The notes under the pieces: model-generated
The model's database searches: none
What the model was told of the DNA's origin: nothing
The model's input: the letters and a program-made list of their open reading frames with translations, nothing else
In this document: piece after piece, positions 10,792 to 21,095 of the stretch
Position numbering within the stretch: position 1 is the first letter of the stretch
Layout of the letters: every line of letters starts with the position of its first letter
Made by a program: the position numbers and the translations under genes
Assembly (NCBI GenBank): GCA_019422525.1
Contig: JAHZDE010000009.1
Coordinates: forward strand, 37,150 to 101,149
Length of the DNA stretch: 64,000 bases
Source of the DNA: Clostridiales bacterium
Lineage (GTDB): Bacteria > Bacillota > Clostridia > Oscillospirales > Acutalibacteraceae
Direction of reading: 5' to 3'

Positions 10792-11938
10792 AGATATAGT
10801 CGGCCATGACCGGCTGAAGGCCCTTCGCTTCGATGGCCTTGTAAATCTCGTCATAGCTCCGTCCGTCGGAAATTTCAAACTGCTCGTCGCCCTTGCCGTC
10901 GCCGCTGTGGTCACCAATACCGGTGGAAACGCCGGCGGAAATCTTGGTGGCGGCAATGTCGATGATATTGTCCCGGAACCCGGCACGTTCACGGGAGGAA
11001 ATGGTGATGCTGGCAAAGGGCATAAACAGGCGATAGGCACACACTACCTGCAAAAGTTGCCGCTCATGGACATCTTTGGGATTGATTTTATCATTGTTGA
11101 TAATGGGACGCAGACGAGGGCAAGAAAACGCGATTTCCGCGTGGGGATATTTTCGCTGAAGAAGCCAGCCGTGGTATCCGGTAGCGAAGGCGTCTTTGCG
11201 AAAATCATCCAAACCCAGCAAAGCGCCCAAACCTACACCGCGCATACCGCCCATGAGAGCGCGTTCCTGGGCATTAAAGCGGTACGGGAAAATCCGCTTA
11301 TGGCCTCCCAGGTGCAGAGTAGCATATTTATCGGAATTATAGGTCTCCTGAAAGACGGTGACATAGTCCACGCCGCATGTGTGGAGATAGGCGTATTCGT
11401 CGGAGTTCACCGGGTAAATCTCAATACCCACCACCCGGAAGTATTTTCGCGCCAGCTTACAAGCTTCTCCAATGTATTCTACTGGAGAAGCGTTGCGGCT
11501 TTCACCGGTGAGAATCAAAATTTCCTGTAAGCCGGTGTCGGAGATGGCTTTCAGCTCCTTCTCCACTTCTTCCATGGAGAGCTTAGCCCGGCGAATTTTG
11601 TTGTGACAGTTAAAACCGCAGTAGATGCAGTAATTTTCGCAGTAATTGGCAATATACAACGGGGTGAACATCATCACCGAATTACCAAAGTGCTTTCGGG
11701 TCTCCTGTTGGGCGCGGTGTGCCATTTCCTCTAAGAAGGGGTCGGCGGCGGGAGACAGCAGCGCGGCGAAATCATCCGGAGACAGTACGTCTTTTTGCAA
11801 TGCCCTGCGCACATCGGCGGCAGTATAGCTATCAAAATCACATTGATTCATTTTGGAAACTACCGTGTCCAGGATATCAGAGTGAATCTGCTCCATCCCG
11901 GGCTGGTATTCCATATGGTTGGTATTCTGGTCTATCAT
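10784..11938 (-). CDS. thiH: 2-iminoacetate synthase (tyrosine lyase), radical SAM
   Basis: CENYCIYCGF radical SAM motif plus ThiH-like sequence. The start is uncertain: the ATG at 11938 has GAAGGAAA upstream, and the alternative is 11959. The ORF-track start at 12031 overlaps thiG. Confidence 0.88.
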   Translation of the reverse strand: MIDQNTNHMEYQPGMEQIHSDILDTVVSKMNQCDFDSYTAADVRRALQKDVLSPDDFAALLSPAADPFLEEMAHRAQQETRKHFGNSVMMFTPLYIANYCENYCIYCGFNCHNKIRRAKLSMEEVEKELKAISDTGLQEILILTGESRNASPVEYIGEACKLARKYFRVVGIEIYPVNSDEYAYLHTCGVDYVTVFQETYNSDKYATLHLGGHKRIFPYRFNAQERALMGGMRGVGLGALLGLDDFRKDAFATGYHGWLLQRKYPHAEIAFSCPRLRPIINNDKINPKDVHERQLLQVVCAYRLFMPFASITISSRERAGFRDNIIDIAATKISAGVSTGIGDHSGDGKGDEQFEISDGRSYDEIYKAIEAKGLQPVMADYIYV

Positions 11939-11987
11939 GAAGGCATTTCCTTCTTTCATTATGATATGATGATATGGTTTGTATTTT

Positions 11988-12755
11988 TTAATCCTGTAAA
12001 AAGCCAGTAAGTGGAGAAGAAGCAGCCGCACCCTTTTCCATTACGCGGCCCAGACCGGACAGATAGGCGGTGCGGCCTGCTTCAATAGCCTTTTTGAAGG
12101 CTTCCGCCATGGCGGGGATATCTCCAGCAGTAGCAATGGCCGTATTAGCCATCACAGCAGCTGCACCCATTTCCATAGCCTCGCAGGCCTGAGACGGGCG
12201 GCCAATGCCGGCATCCACAATAATAGGCAGGTCAATTTCATCAATAAGAATCTGAATAAACTCTTTGGTAGCCAGTCCTTTATTGGAACCGATAGGAGCC
12301 GCCAGCGGCATAACACAAGCGGCACCGGCGTTGACCAGGTCACGGGCCACATTCAGGTCGGGATACATATAGGGCATGACCACAAAGCCCTCTTTTGCCA
12401 GAATTTCGGTGGCGCGGATGGTCTCCTGATTGTCCGGCAGCAGGTATTTGGAATCCCGCATAATCTCGATTTTGACAAAATCGCCACAGCCGCACTCTCT
12501 GGCAAGTCTTGCAATGCGTACCGCTTCATCGGCATTGCGTGCGCCGGAAGTGTTAGGCAACAGGGTCACGCCTTCGGGAATATAGTCGAGAATATTGGCA
12601 ACACCGCCCTCATTGGCACGGCGCAGAGCCAGCGTAATAATCTGGGCCCCGGCATTTTCTACTGCGGCCTTGATAAGTTCCAGCGAATACTTACCGGAAC
12701 CGAGAATAAAGCGGGACGAAAAAGAATGTCCGCCAAGAATCAGTTCGTCTTTCAT
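11988..12755 (-). CDS. thiG: Thiazole synthase
   Basis: 255 aa with typical ThiG sequence (FILGSGKY...[15 protein letters not shown]...[13 protein letters not shown]). Confidence 0.95.
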   Translation of the reverse strand: MKDELILGGHSFSSRFILGSGKYSLELIKAAVENAGAQIITLALRRANEGGVANILDYIPEGVTLLPNTSGARNADEAVRIARLARECGCGDFVKIEIMRDSKYLLPDNQETIRATEILAKEGFVVMPYMYPDLNVARDLVNAGAACVMPLAAPIGSNKGLATKEFIQILIDEIDLPIIVDAGIGRPSQACEAMEMGAAAVMANTAIATAGDIPAMAEAFKKAIEAGRTAYLSGLGRVMEKGAAASSPLTGFLQD

Positions 12756-12803
12756 AAAGAAATACCTCCTATATAATAAATTTAAAATATGTATAAATGC
12801 AAA

Positions 12804-13448
12804 CTAAAAATCACATCCAGCTTTCCCTAACAATAACCGCAGAACCATGTGAGCCTGATGACCAGCACACACCGCTACTCGGGAAGCAAATAAACTGCCA
12901 TATTCCTCCACGTCAGTTTTTCCGTCGCCGCAAAGGTACAGACGGTTCATGGCCTTTCGGGTTTGGATTTCATTGACAGAACCCGTTCCCGCCATACCGG
13001 AACCGGATACAATAGTAATATCAGACAGCTCTGTCAGTACTGTTTCCAGTAACATGGCCTTTTCCTCCGCTTTGTCGAAAGCTTCGCATAGTACGGAACA
13101 ACTGCCGAAAATTGTCGGAAGATTCTCTGGCGTAAGCTGCACAGGATATAGTTCCAGCTGAATCCAAGGGTCAATTTTTCGAAGCGTGTCTGCCAGCGCT
13201 TCTGTTTTGAGAAGTCCCACTTGCTCCACAAAATACTGCTGCCGATGGAGATTGGTCACATCCACTCGGTCAAAGTCTGCCAATATTAGCTTTCCTACTC
13301 CCATTCTGGCCAGAGAAAAAGCAATATGAGAACCAAGTCCGCCCAGACCGGCAATCCCTACACAGGCATTTTGAAGTTTTTGTACAGCCACTTCCCCATG
13401 GCGTTGAACCCGAGCCTGATAAAGGGTTTCTTTTGTGACTTCTCCCAT
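12804..13448 (-). CDS. thiF: ThiS adenylyltransferase (ThiF/MoeB family)
   Basis: Nucleotide-binding loop GIAGLGGLGS and LILADFDRVDVTNLHRQ. The start overlaps the thiS stop (TAATG). Confidence 0.88.
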   Translation of the reverse strand: MGEVTKETLYQARVQRHGEVAVQKLQNACVGIAGLGGLGSHIAFSLARMGVGKLILADFDRVDVTNLHRQQYFVEQVGLLKTEALADTLRKIDPWIQLELYPVQLTPENLPTIFGSCSVLCEAFDKAEEKAMLLETVLTELSDITIVSGSGMAGTGSVNEIQTRKAMNRLYLCGDGKTDVEEYGSLFASRVAVCAGHQAHMVLRLLLGKAGCDF

Positions 13449-13642
13449 TAGCCACCTCCTACAAAGCTGACCACTTCTACTGTATCATCATCGCAGAGCC
13501 GTTCTTTCTCAAAATCTACCCGGCGCACGATTTCCCCGTTCCTTTCTACAGCGACTCGTTGGGGGTTATATCCCTGCCGCTGTAAAAATTCCTGTACAGT
13601 AACAGGGGCATCCAGCGTTATTTGCTTTCCATTCCACTTCAC
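13448..13642 (-). CDS. thiS: Sulfur carrier protein ThiS
   Basis: 64 aa ending in GG, with a GTG start preceded by GGAGGTGG. It is the first gene after the TPP riboswitch. Confidence 0.85.
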   Translation of the reverse strand: MKWNGKQITLDAPVTVQEFLQRQGYNPQRVAVERNGEIVRRVDFEKERLCDDDTVEVVSFVGGG

Positions 13643-13659
13643 AAAACCACCTCCGGATA

Positions 13660-13822
13660 TGACAAAAGCCGGTCCCCATTCCGGGAACCGGCTTCATGCT
13701 CAAAAATATTGCTATTCTTAAAGAGACAGAATCGACAGCTTCCCTACGATGGTACTAACCAACAGGTTCAATGGGTTAGGCTACTCGCCCTCTCAGCCGC
13801 TTTTAGACGGCACCCCAGCTTT
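13660..13822 (-). promoter_or_regulatory. TPP (THI-box) riboswitch with terminator-type expression platform
   Basis: The minus strand reads CTGGGGTGCC...GGCTGAGAGGG...ACCCATTGAACCTGTTGGTTAGTACCATCGTAGGGAAG, which carries the GGGGUGC, CUGAGA, ACCC-GAACCUG and CGUAGGGAA consensus blocks. A hairpin AAGCCGGTTCCC/GGGGACCGGCTT plus TTTGT (13665-13694) follows. Confidence 0.9.
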
Positions 13823-13838
13823 CTTATATTTCTATGTC

Positions 13839-13867
13839 AGTATAGTCTCTTTTCAGCGTCTTGTCAA
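13839..13867 (-). promoter_or_regulatory. Sigma-A-type promoter of the thi operon (TTGACA-17-TATACT)
   Basis: Consensus -35 at 13862-13867 and -10 at 13839-13844 with a 17-nt spacer. The -35 box overlaps the stop codon of the upstream surface-protein gene. Confidence 0.55.
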
Positions 13868-15480
13868 GAGCGGGCTTTTTTACGCAAAACCACGGCACAA
13901 ACGCTACCAGAAATCATCAACACAACTGCCGCAGCAACAGGAAGCACATTGTCTCCGGTTTGTGGAGTTTCGGGCTTCTCTGTGGGGGTGGGCTGTTCGG
14001 TAGAGTCTGGTTTATCGGTAGGAGTAGGTGTGGGCGTGGGTGTAGGAGTTGGTGTCGGGGTAGGAGTCGGTGTGGGGGTCGGTTCTACCGGTGTCTTCAC
14101 ATCACGACGGTACTGAATTACAATCTGATTAGATTGAGAATCCAATACCAGCTGGATGTTGCCGTTATCGCTGTAATACTGGTATGTTTCCCCATTATAT
14201 ACCGGCTGCTGCTCTATGTCCGAAGCCAGAATGGTTTCGCCTACAATACCGGATACAGGTTCTTCCGTGACGGTTCCGTCCAGTACATATTCGCCGCCGT
14301 CTGTACTGGTATAGTACTGATGGACAACCTGATAGGTGGTATCCATTTGACGGAAAGAAATAGAATTCAGATACTGGAAGTCATACAGCTGATAAGCATT
14401 TCCGGTTCCGGGGCCATCCAACGACAGTGTCATCGTAAAGGCCATGGTTTCGCCTTTTTCCAACAAATCGGCATTTTCCAAATTATCGAAATAATCGTCG
14501 GTTTGCTGATACAGAGCCTCATCCGTCATATAGTCACCAATACCCCGGGTGCGGGTAAAGGCTGTATTCCGGTTGGAGTTCATATCCGCGCATTCATCAC
14601 CGTAAGCAATGGCAAGCAGCTCTTGATAGAAGATATCATAGCTAAGTTCCGCCAGTTCTTCTTCAGGAAACTTCAGCTGAACATCCAGCGTGCCATCACT
14701 ATTTTGCATAGCGTAGATATATTCATCCCACTGGGGATATTCGGCCAGATATTTTTCCAGTTGTTCCACCGTCATGGTGAACTGGGAGTTCTGTCCGAAG
14801 TTAGCGGTTGCGTTGATGAACTTGTTCCAAGTGGTGGAATCCGCTTTCATTTCATCCCAGCTTGCAAAAGAGGTTCCATACAGGTTGTTGTAGTAGTCCA
14901 GCATATAGTCGCTCAATGCTGTTTCTTCGGTATAACCTTTTTCTGCCAGCGTGTCATAAAGTCCAAACATCATGTCAGCGGTTACATTTTTGGAGCCTAC
15001 TCCAAACAACCCCTGGCAAATAGACTTGTCCGCTACAGGAATTGCACCAACATAGGTCAGCGGAATCTGCTTTCCATCAAATCCAGTAAAAGAAGTCAGC
15101 GGGATATCCGGATTCAGGGAACTCAAATCCTGCGGAGCAATGGAAAAGCTTCCTTCCTGATAGGCGTAAGCATGGTTCGATTCATTGGTAATATAGACGT
15201 GGAAGTCATAGCTATCTCCCGGCAAAACATACCCTGATTCGTTAATCATTTCAGTAGCTGCCTGGCTGAGAACAGCTTCTACCTCTGCACCGGCTGCATC
15301 GTTAATAGTCAAGTACAAGTTGTAGTAGCTGTCTGTTCCTTGGTCTACATAACCGGATTTTTCTTCATCTACGGTAACAGGACCCTGCTCGATTTCTACC
15401 GCTGATGCACTGACAGCGCACATTCCACACAACAGTGCTGCGCTGAGAAACACTGCCGTGGCTCTTGCTGCAAATTTCAT
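13864..15480 (-). CDS. Cell-wall-anchored surface protein (signal peptide, unknown ectodomain, MucBP-like module, PT linker, sortase signal)
   Basis: N-terminal signal peptide MKFAARATAVFLSAALLCGMCAVSASA. The C-terminus has (PT)11, then TPQTGD, a hydrophobic helix and RKKARS, i.e. an LPXTG-like sorting signal. Confidence 0.8.
   Translation of the reverse strand: MKFAARATAVFLSAALLCGMCAVSASAVEIEQGPVTVDEEKSGYVDQGTDSYYNLYLTINDAAGAEVEAVLSQAATEMINESGYVLPGDSYDFHVYITNESNHAYAYQEGSFSIAPQDLSSLNPDIPLTSFTGFDGKQIPLTYVGAIPVADKSICQGLFGVGSKNVTADMMFGLYDTLAEKGYTEETALSDYMLDYYNNLYGTSFASWDEMKADSTTWNKFINATANFGQNSQFTMTVEQLEKYLAEYPQWDEYIYAMQNSDGTLDVQLKFPEEELAELSYDIFYQELLAIAYGDECADMNSNRNTAFTRTRGIGDYMTDEALYQQTDDYFDNLENADLLEKGETMAFTMTLSLDGPGTGNAYQLYDFQYLNSISFRQMDTTYQVVHQYYTSTDGGEYVLDGTVTEEPVSGIVGETILASDIEQQPVYNGETYQYYSDNGNIQLVLDSQSNQIVIQYRRDVKTPVEPTPTPTPTPTPTPTPTPTPTPTDKPDSTEQPTPTEKPETPQTGDNVLPVAAAVVLMISGSVCAVVLRKKARS
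14017..14082 (-). repeat. Coding (Pro-Thr)x11 low-complexity repeat
   Basis: Twenty-two consecutive alternating ACN/CCN codons, counted codon by codon. Confidence 0.9.
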
Positions 15481-15602
15481 AGTCGATTCTCCTTCCTGAA
15501 AGATAGTCGTTGGCTCTCTGCACCCGTATCTCTTGGAGCCGCAGATATTGGACAGGTTAAGAAAGCTATTGGAAGATGGAAAATCTGTCCATATCTACTT
15601 TT

Positions 15603-15631
15603 ATTATACCTGATAGCATTAGTAGAATCAA
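15603..15631 (-). promoter_or_regulatory. Putative promoter of the surface-protein gene (TTGATT-17-TATAAT)
   Basis: The hexamers and their spacing are visible on the minus strand. This would leave a 5' UTR of about 115 nt. Confidence 0.4.
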
Positions 15632-15700
15632 TACGGATTGGGCAGATCATTTGTCCTAAAGTACCAAAAATCGTATCAAAAGTTTGAGCATATCTTTTCA

Positions 15701-15729
15701 TTGACTTTCGGTTTTTGTGCGTTTACTAT
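15701..15729 (+). promoter_or_regulatory. Putative promoter (TTGACT-17-TACTAT)
   Basis: Hexamers with a 17-nt spacer, about 55 nt upstream of the ATG at 15786. Confidence 0.4.
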
Positions 15730-15785
15730 TACAATGAGTTTGGAAAACAAACTGTAATGTTGTATTGAAGAAAGGAATTGGAATT

Positions 15786-16904
15786 ATGACGGATTTTGCA
15801 AAATTACACGAAGATGTATGTTTTAGAAAAGCCGGAGGAAAAGTCATCTGGCAGCCCCGGATTGACTGTTGGATAAGTGACCGGATGTTTGCGAACGGTG
15901 AGCTTCCTGGAATTTACAAGGGAATGACTAAGGCCGAAATTTATCGGGAGCTGGGGTGTTCTGCCCGTATCTATGAATATAACGACTGCTTTTATCCGGT
16001 ATATGACGATACCATTCACTATTCGGTAAAAACAGAAGGGGAATTGCAAACCGAAACTATGGAAACACCGGTGGGAACGGTAACCCATGTGCTCAAATCT
16101 ACCCCCAGCAGCTGGGCCAAGCTGGTAGCAAAAGAGTGGGTATGTTCTGAAGAAGATTTAAAAGTTTTTACCTATATTGAGCAGCATACTAATTGGGCGT
16201 ATTCCCAAGAGCACTTTGACAAAACTATGGCTGAATGGGGAAATCTGGGAGCGCCGACGATTTTTATGCCCCGGGTATCCATGCAGCGGCTGTATATTGA
16301 TTTGATGGGTGTGGAAGAAGCGGTCTATGCACTCATGGATTATCCTGAAACTGTGGAAGAGTATTTTGACGCTTTGCGGGAATGCCATTTCCGTCTTATT
16401 GATGTGATTAACCAGTCGCCCATCAAAATTATCAATTTTGGAGACAATGTCCATTCCGGTACACTCTCTCCTGCTCTGTTTGAAAAATATGTGCTGCCCG
16501 AATATCAAATGCGTTGTGAACGTCTGCACAAAGCTGGAAAATTTGTCTGCGCTCATTTTGATGGGGATAACCGGGGATTGATGCAATATTATCGGCAGAC
16601 CGGGCTGGACGGGATTGAAGCCATTACCCCTGTTCCCCAAGGCGATGTTACTTTAGAGGAAGTTCACGAGAACCTCGGTGATATGTTCCTACTGGATGGA
16701 ATTCCGGCTGTTTACTTTGACGAGGAGTTTTCGGAAGAGGTATTGGTAGATTGTGTACACAAAATTCTGGATTTGTTCGCGCCCAACCTGATTTTGGGAA
16801 TTTCTGATGAGATTTCTTCTACCGGAGACATTGAACGGATTCGTCTGGTGGGAAAAATTGTAGAGGAATATAACCGCAGCGTGGAAGAAAACGCCCGCTC
16901 ATAA
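15786..16904 (+). CDS. Uroporphyrinogen-decarboxylase (URO-D/MtaA-like) family protein
   Basis: The length and C-terminal pattern (DGIEAITPVPQGDVTLEEV...LILGISDEI) resemble URO-D-fold proteins. This is recollection only. The ORF-track TTG start is at 15765; the ATG at 15786 is preferred. Confidence 0.45.
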   Translation: MTDFAKLHEDVCFRKAGGKVIWQPRIDCWISDRMFANGELPGIYKGMTKAEIYRELGCSARIYEYNDCFYPVYDDTIHYSVKTEGELQTETMETPVGTVTHVLKSTPSSWAKLVAKEWVCSEEDLKVFTYIEQHTNWAYSQEHFDKTMAEWGNLGAPTIFMPRVSMQRLYIDLMGVEEAVYALMDYPETVEEYFDALRECHFRLIDVINQSPIKIINFGDNVHSGTLSPALFEKYVLPEYQMRCERLHKAGKFVCAHFDGDNRGLMQYYRQTGLDGIEAITPVPQGDVTLEEVHENLGDMFLLDGIPAVYFDEEFSEEVLVDCVHKILDLFAPNLILGISDEISSTGDIERIRLVGKIVEEYNRSVEENARS

Positions 16905-17003
16905 GAAAGGTTTCCCCGTATTTCGACTGGACGAACCGGAGAATTTTGTGGTACAATCGGAATTGCCTTTTGGTATGCATCTTTTTTGAAAAGAGGTTTT
17001 GTC

Positions 17004-18134
17004 ATGAACGAAAAAGAAATTTCCGAAATCCGCCGCCGTTTTCGGCAGGATAAAAGCAATATTACTCATATACGGGGCTGTTATGTCAATGAAAAAAAGG
17101 AAATCGTCACGGAGTTTGATGAGTCCCTTTCTATGATGGATGAGGAAGAATGTGAAAAGTTTCTCACGATTCTTAAACGTACCCTCTCTGGAAACCTGGG
17201 GAAAAATCTAACAGATATCTCCTTTACTACCAGTCAGGTTGTGGACAGCGAAGAGCATCGCCTGCTTATGTCCCTTCGGGAATCGAATTTGAAAAACGAT
17301 GATGTGGTGCGGGAGTTCTTTCTGCGGGTGGCAGAATCTGTATCCATGGATGGCCATTATCTGATTTTGTTGGCACACGATACCTATGATGTTTACTACC
17401 GTTCTCGGGACGGCCAGCGCCAAGACGACGCCTCCTCTGAAGTCTATTCCTATATCGTTTGCAGCATTTGCCCCATTAAAATGACCAAACCGGCCCTCAG
17501 TTACTATATCCCGGAAAACCGGTTCCGCAATTTGCAGATTGACCGCATTGTAGCGCCGCCGGAAATCGGGTTTATATTCCCGGCTTTTGATGACCGCTGC
17601 GCCAATATTTATAATGCTTTGTACTACTCCAAAAGTCCTGCCGGAAACCATCCCGAATTTGCCGAGGCCATTTTTAAAACTGATTTGCCCATGCCCGCCG
17701 ATGAACAAAAAGAAACTTTTGAGTCGATTTTGGAAGATACCCTTTCAGATGACTGTAATTTAGAGGTCGTGCAGGCAGTCCAAAACCAGCTGTGTGAAAA
17801 AATCGAAGAGCACAAGGCAGCAAAAGAAGACGAGCCCCTGACAGTATCCAAAAGTGAAGTACAGGAGATTCTGGAATCCTGCGGGGTAGCACAAGAACAT
17901 ATTGATTCCTTCTCGGAAAAATATGATGCAGAATTTGGCGCAGAATGCCAGCTGACACCGCGGAACCTGGTGAATACTCGTCAATTTCAAGTTTCTACTC
18001 CCAGTGTAGTCATTCGAACCAGTCCAGACAAAAGTGACCTGATTGAGACCCGTGTGATTGATGGCGTGAAATATTTGCTGGTACGGGTGGAAGAAGGCGT
18101 GGAAGTAAACGGCGTCAGTATCCAGATTTCCTAA
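17004..18134 (+). CDS. Conserved hypothetical protein (DUF4317-like)
   Basis: The N-terminus MNEKEISEIRRRFRQDKSNITHIRGCYVNEKKEIV matches my memory of DUF4317 proteins of Clostridia. This needs Pfam confirmation. Confidence 0.5.
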   Translation: MNEKEISEIRRRFRQDKSNITHIRGCYVNEKKEIVTEFDESLSMMDEEECEKFLTILKRTLSGNLGKNLTDISFTTSQVVDSEEHRLLMSLRESNLKNDDVVREFFLRVAESVSMDGHYLILLAHDTYDVYYRSRDGQRQDDASSEVYSYIVCSICPIKMTKPALSYYIPENRFRNLQIDRIVAPPEIGFIFPAFDDRCANIYNALYYSKSPAGNHPEFAEAIFKTDLPMPADEQKETFESILEDTLSDDCNLEVVQAVQNQLCEKIEEHKAAKEDEPLTVSKSEVQEILESCGVAQEHIDSFSEKYDAEFGAECQLTPRNLVNTRQFQVSTPSVVIRTSPDKSDLIETRVIDGVKYLLVRVEEGVEVNGVSIQIS

Positions 18135-18150
18135 TAACTGTAAAAATCAA

Positions 18151-18200
18151 AAACCCCCGAAGAAGCCTTTTTAACAGGTTTCTCCGGGGGTTTACTTTAT
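18151..18200. terminator. Bidirectional terminator between convergent genes
   Basis: ACCCCCGAAGAA...TTCTCCGGGGGT hairpin flanked by A- and T-rich runs. Confidence 0.6.
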
Positions 18201-18214
18201 CAACAGAAAGTTTT

Positions 18215-18619
18215 TTAGCCTTTCTTAGTCATCATTTCATGTTCTTTGCAGACCTGCTCATACAGCTGATAAAATGGCCAGTCTCGATTAGTAGGAGTAA
18301 TGACGGCTTTCCTTTCCACCCGCACAGTAGGCTCTTTGGCCAACGTGTTGAGAATCTCGTTGAGGCGGGCACGAGAACCGACTTTCATGACCATCATCTC
18401 ATAGGGCATGGGTTCCCCATCATAAGTTTTTCCACACGAAACAAAACCGTCCATTTTGGCGCAGAACCCTACTGACTCCGAAATCATTTCATCGGTAATC
18501 GTAACCGTTTCAATGTTCATATCGGATAACATTTGCCGCAGCTTTTTTCCTTTTTCCGTCTCCTCCTCCAATTTGTACAGGAGAAAAACTTCTTTTTCCG
18601 GACGAATATGGGCTTTCAT
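18215..18619 (-). CDS. Conserved hypothetical protein (DUF3783-like)
   Basis: 134 aa starting MKAHIRPEKEVFLLYKLEEE, with AAGGAGC upstream of the ATG at 18619. The family call is from memory. Confidence 0.45.
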   Translation of the reverse strand: MKAHIRPEKEVFLLYKLEEETEKGKKLRQMLSDMNIETVTITDEMISESVGFCAKMDGFVSCGKTYDGEPMPYEMMVMKVGSRARLNEILNTLAKEPTVRVERKAVITPTNRDWPFYQLYEQVCKEHEMMTKKG

Positions 18620-18703
18620 AACAAGCTCCTTTCCATAATAAATAAAAAGGGGAAACCCAAAGAACAGGTTTCCCCTAAAAACCATTTCTTTTCGGAGAAA
18701 TGA

Positions 18704-20974
18704 TTAGCGCTTATAGTAGTTAATCAGGCAGCCGTCCAGCAGAATCTGACGCTCGTCGTCGGTGAGAGCCGCGATGGACAAAGTGAACTCTTTTGCCTCA
18801 TCGCCCAGCACATAAGCGGGAATGGAAGCGATGTCGCCCTTTTCCAAAATGGCGCGGGCATTAGGCACAAGAATATAGTCGCCCAGCTTAAAGGGAGTCT
18901 CCCCCTCATACTGGAAGGGCAGCATGCCCCAGTTGATGAGGTTGGAGCGATAGCGCTTGGTGGCGTACTCCACGGCGATGTTAGCGCCTGCGCCCAGCAC
19001 ACGCTGACAGCTGGCAGCCTGCTCACGGGCGGAGCCGTCGCCGGGCTTGATGGCATAAATGGTGGAAGCGATGCCGATGCTGTCCCAGCCCACATTCTCG
19101 CAGCCGGGAACCTTGTGTACTTTTTCCAACAAAGCAGCGTCATACTGGCCAGCGGCACGAGCCTTTTCCTCGGCCTGCACTTCTTTGGCACGACCCACAT
19201 AAGCGGGATCTTTCCGGCTCAAAGTGAATTCTGCCAAGCCCAAGGGATTAGAGCGATAGGAGCTGGTTTCACCGCTGGGAATCAGTTCATCGGTGGTGGT
19301 TACCGGGTCGGTGATATAGCTGGTGACCTTGAGCAGCAGATTCTCGGGCAGAGGCTGGATTTCCGGCCAATCCTTGATGTTGGGACCAAGGCGAAGAATC
19401 TTATCAAAATCACCCTTGCCATACCCAGCATAAATACGGCTGCGGTAGCTGGAATCGTCAAACTCATAAGCCGGGATATTGGGGGTATAATCAATATCGG
19501 TAGCCGGGGTCAGAATACCGCCCATGCGGGTGGTAGCGGCGATGGAGCGGGCGTCCATCAAAGCTACGCCGGCAATCTGGCCGTTGCCGGGCTTGGAGCC
19601 TTCGCGGCTGGGGAAGTTCCGGGTGGTGTGACGGATGGACAGCGAGCCGTTAGCGGGCACATCGCCTGCACCGAAGCAGGGACCGCAGAAGGCGGTGCGG
19701 ATGGTAGCGCCGCAGGCCATCAAGTCAGCCAGCGCGCCGTTCTTCATCAGGGCCATCATAGTGGGCTGGCTGCTGGGGTACACGCTGAGGGCGTACTCGT
19801 CGTTGCCGGCGGAGTGGCCCTTCAAAATCTGAGCGGCCTCGCAGATGTTGGAGTAGGTGCCGCCGGCACATCCGGCGATAACGCCCTGGTCTACCCGCAG
19901 ATGGCCGTTTTCAATTTTATCTACCAGAGACAGCTTGACCTTATCGTTACCAATGAGAGCCTTGCAATCCTCTTCGGTCTTGTGGAGAATATCCTCCAGG
20001 TTGGCGTTCAGCTCTTCAATGGTGTATACATTGGAGGGATGCATGGGCAGCGCGATCATGGGACGGATGCTGGACAGGTCAACTTCCACCATGCCGTCAT
20101 AATAGGCCAGGTCTGCAGGAGCCATTTCTTTATAGTCGCCGCTGCGGCCATGGATGGTCAAATACTCCTTGGTCTTGTCGTCGGTCTCCCAAATGCTGGA
20201 CAGGCAAGTCGTCTCGGTGGTCATGACGTCGATGCCGCTGCGGTATTCCAAGGCCAAGTTGTGAACGCCGGGGCCCACAAATTCCATGACTTTATTCTTT
20301 ACATAGCCATTCTTAAACACAGCGCCGATAATAGCCAACGCTACGTCCTGAGGGCCAACGCCTGTAACAGGGGTACCGGTCAGGTACACAGCCACCACGC
20401 CGGGACGAGCCACGTCATAGGTGCGACCCAGTAGCTGCTTTGCCAGTTCACCGCCGCCTTCGCCGATAGCCATAGTGCCCAGAGCACCATAGCGGGTGTG
20501 GCTGTCGGAACCCAGAATCATCTTACCGCAGCCGGCATACATTTCCCGCATATACTGGTGGATAACCGCCATATGAGGGGGTACGAAGATGCCGCCATAC
20601 TTTTTGGCAGCGGAAAGACCGAATAGGTGGTCATCCTCATTGATGGTGCCGCCCACAGCGCACAGGCTGTTGTGGCAGTTGGTGAGTACATAAGGCATGG
20701 GGAACTTTTTCAGGCCGGAAGCACGGGCTGTTTGGACAATACCCACAAAGGTAATATCATGGCTAGCCATAGCGTCGAATTTCAGCTTAAGATTTTCGCT
20801 GTCGCCGCTCTGGTTGTGGCCTTGCAGAATCCCCCAAGCCATGGTGCCGGTTTTCGCATTATTGATGGCAGCCTCGTCAAAGCCCAAGGCATTCAGCTTT
20901 GCAGGGGCGTCATGGTCAGCCGCCACCCACTGGCCGCGGGCATAGTACATGCCGGTTTTTGTGCAGGAAATCAT
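18704..20974 (-). CDS. Aconitase-family hydratase (aconitate hydratase-like)
   Basis: Motifs GSDSHT and FCGPCFGAG (Fe-S cysteines), plus a swivel domain with [10 protein letters not shown]. Confidence 0.85.
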   Translation of the reverse strand: MISCTKTGMYYARGQWVAADHDAPAKLNALGFDEAAINNAKTGTMAWGILQGHNQSGDSENLKLKFDAMASHDITFVGIVQTARASGLKKFPMPYVLTNCHNSLCAVGGTINEDDHLFGLSAAKKYGGIFVPPHMAVIHQYMREMYAGCGKMILGSDSHTRYGALGTMAIGEGGGELAKQLLGRTYDVARPGVVAVYLTGTPVTGVGPQDVALAIIGAVFKNGYVKNKVMEFVGPGVHNLALEYRSGIDVMTTETTCLSSIWETDDKTKEYLTIHGRSGDYKEMAPADLAYYDGMVEVDLSSIRPMIALPMHPSNVYTIEELNANLEDILHKTEEDCKALIGNDKVKLSLVDKIENGHLRVDQGVIAGCAGGTYSNICEAAQILKGHSAGNDEYALSVYPSSQPTMMALMKNGALADLMACGATIRTAFCGPCFGAGDVPANGSLSIRHTTRNFPSREGSKPGNGQIAGVALMDARSIAATTRMGGILTPATDIDYTPNIPAYEFDDSSYRSRIYAGYGKGDFDKILRLGPNIKDWPEIQPLPENLLLKVTSYITDPVTTTDELIPSGETSSYRSNPLGLAEFTLSRKDPAYVGRAKEVQAEEKARAAGQYDAALLEKVHKVPGCENVGWDSIGIASTIYAIKPGDGSAREQAASCQRVLGAGANIAVEYATKRYRSNLINWGMLPFQYEGETPFKLGDYILVPNARAILEKGDIASIPAYVLGDEAKEFTLSIAALTDDERQILLDGCLINYYKR

Positions 20975-21095
20975 AGAGAACCTCCTTATATTTGAACATC
21001 ATTTTTGCAAGTCGAGCTCACATATACTTCATTATAGCACAAAACACCGGAAGAAGAAAAGATTCCGGCAGATTTTTTTAGAAAGCAAATAGCCG

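Noticed and set aside
10792-11040. N-terminal extensions proposed by the ORF track for tenI. The same applies to uvrB (to 4147), the TrmH-like gene (to 37859), infC (to 38922), moaA (from 41750), the MOSC-mog gene (from 42693), modA (from 43783), the DUF421 gene (from 38999) and yqeK (to 55204).
   Set aside because: The extensions overlap the neighbouring gene or the leader, lack an RBS, and are not family-like. Internal starts with a Shine-Dalgarno sequence match the known protein N-termini.
15477-15701. A 74-aa ORF upstream of the surface-protein gene.
   Set aside because: It lies within the predicted 5' UTR and promoter of the surface-protein gene. It has no RBS, and its composition is not protein-like.
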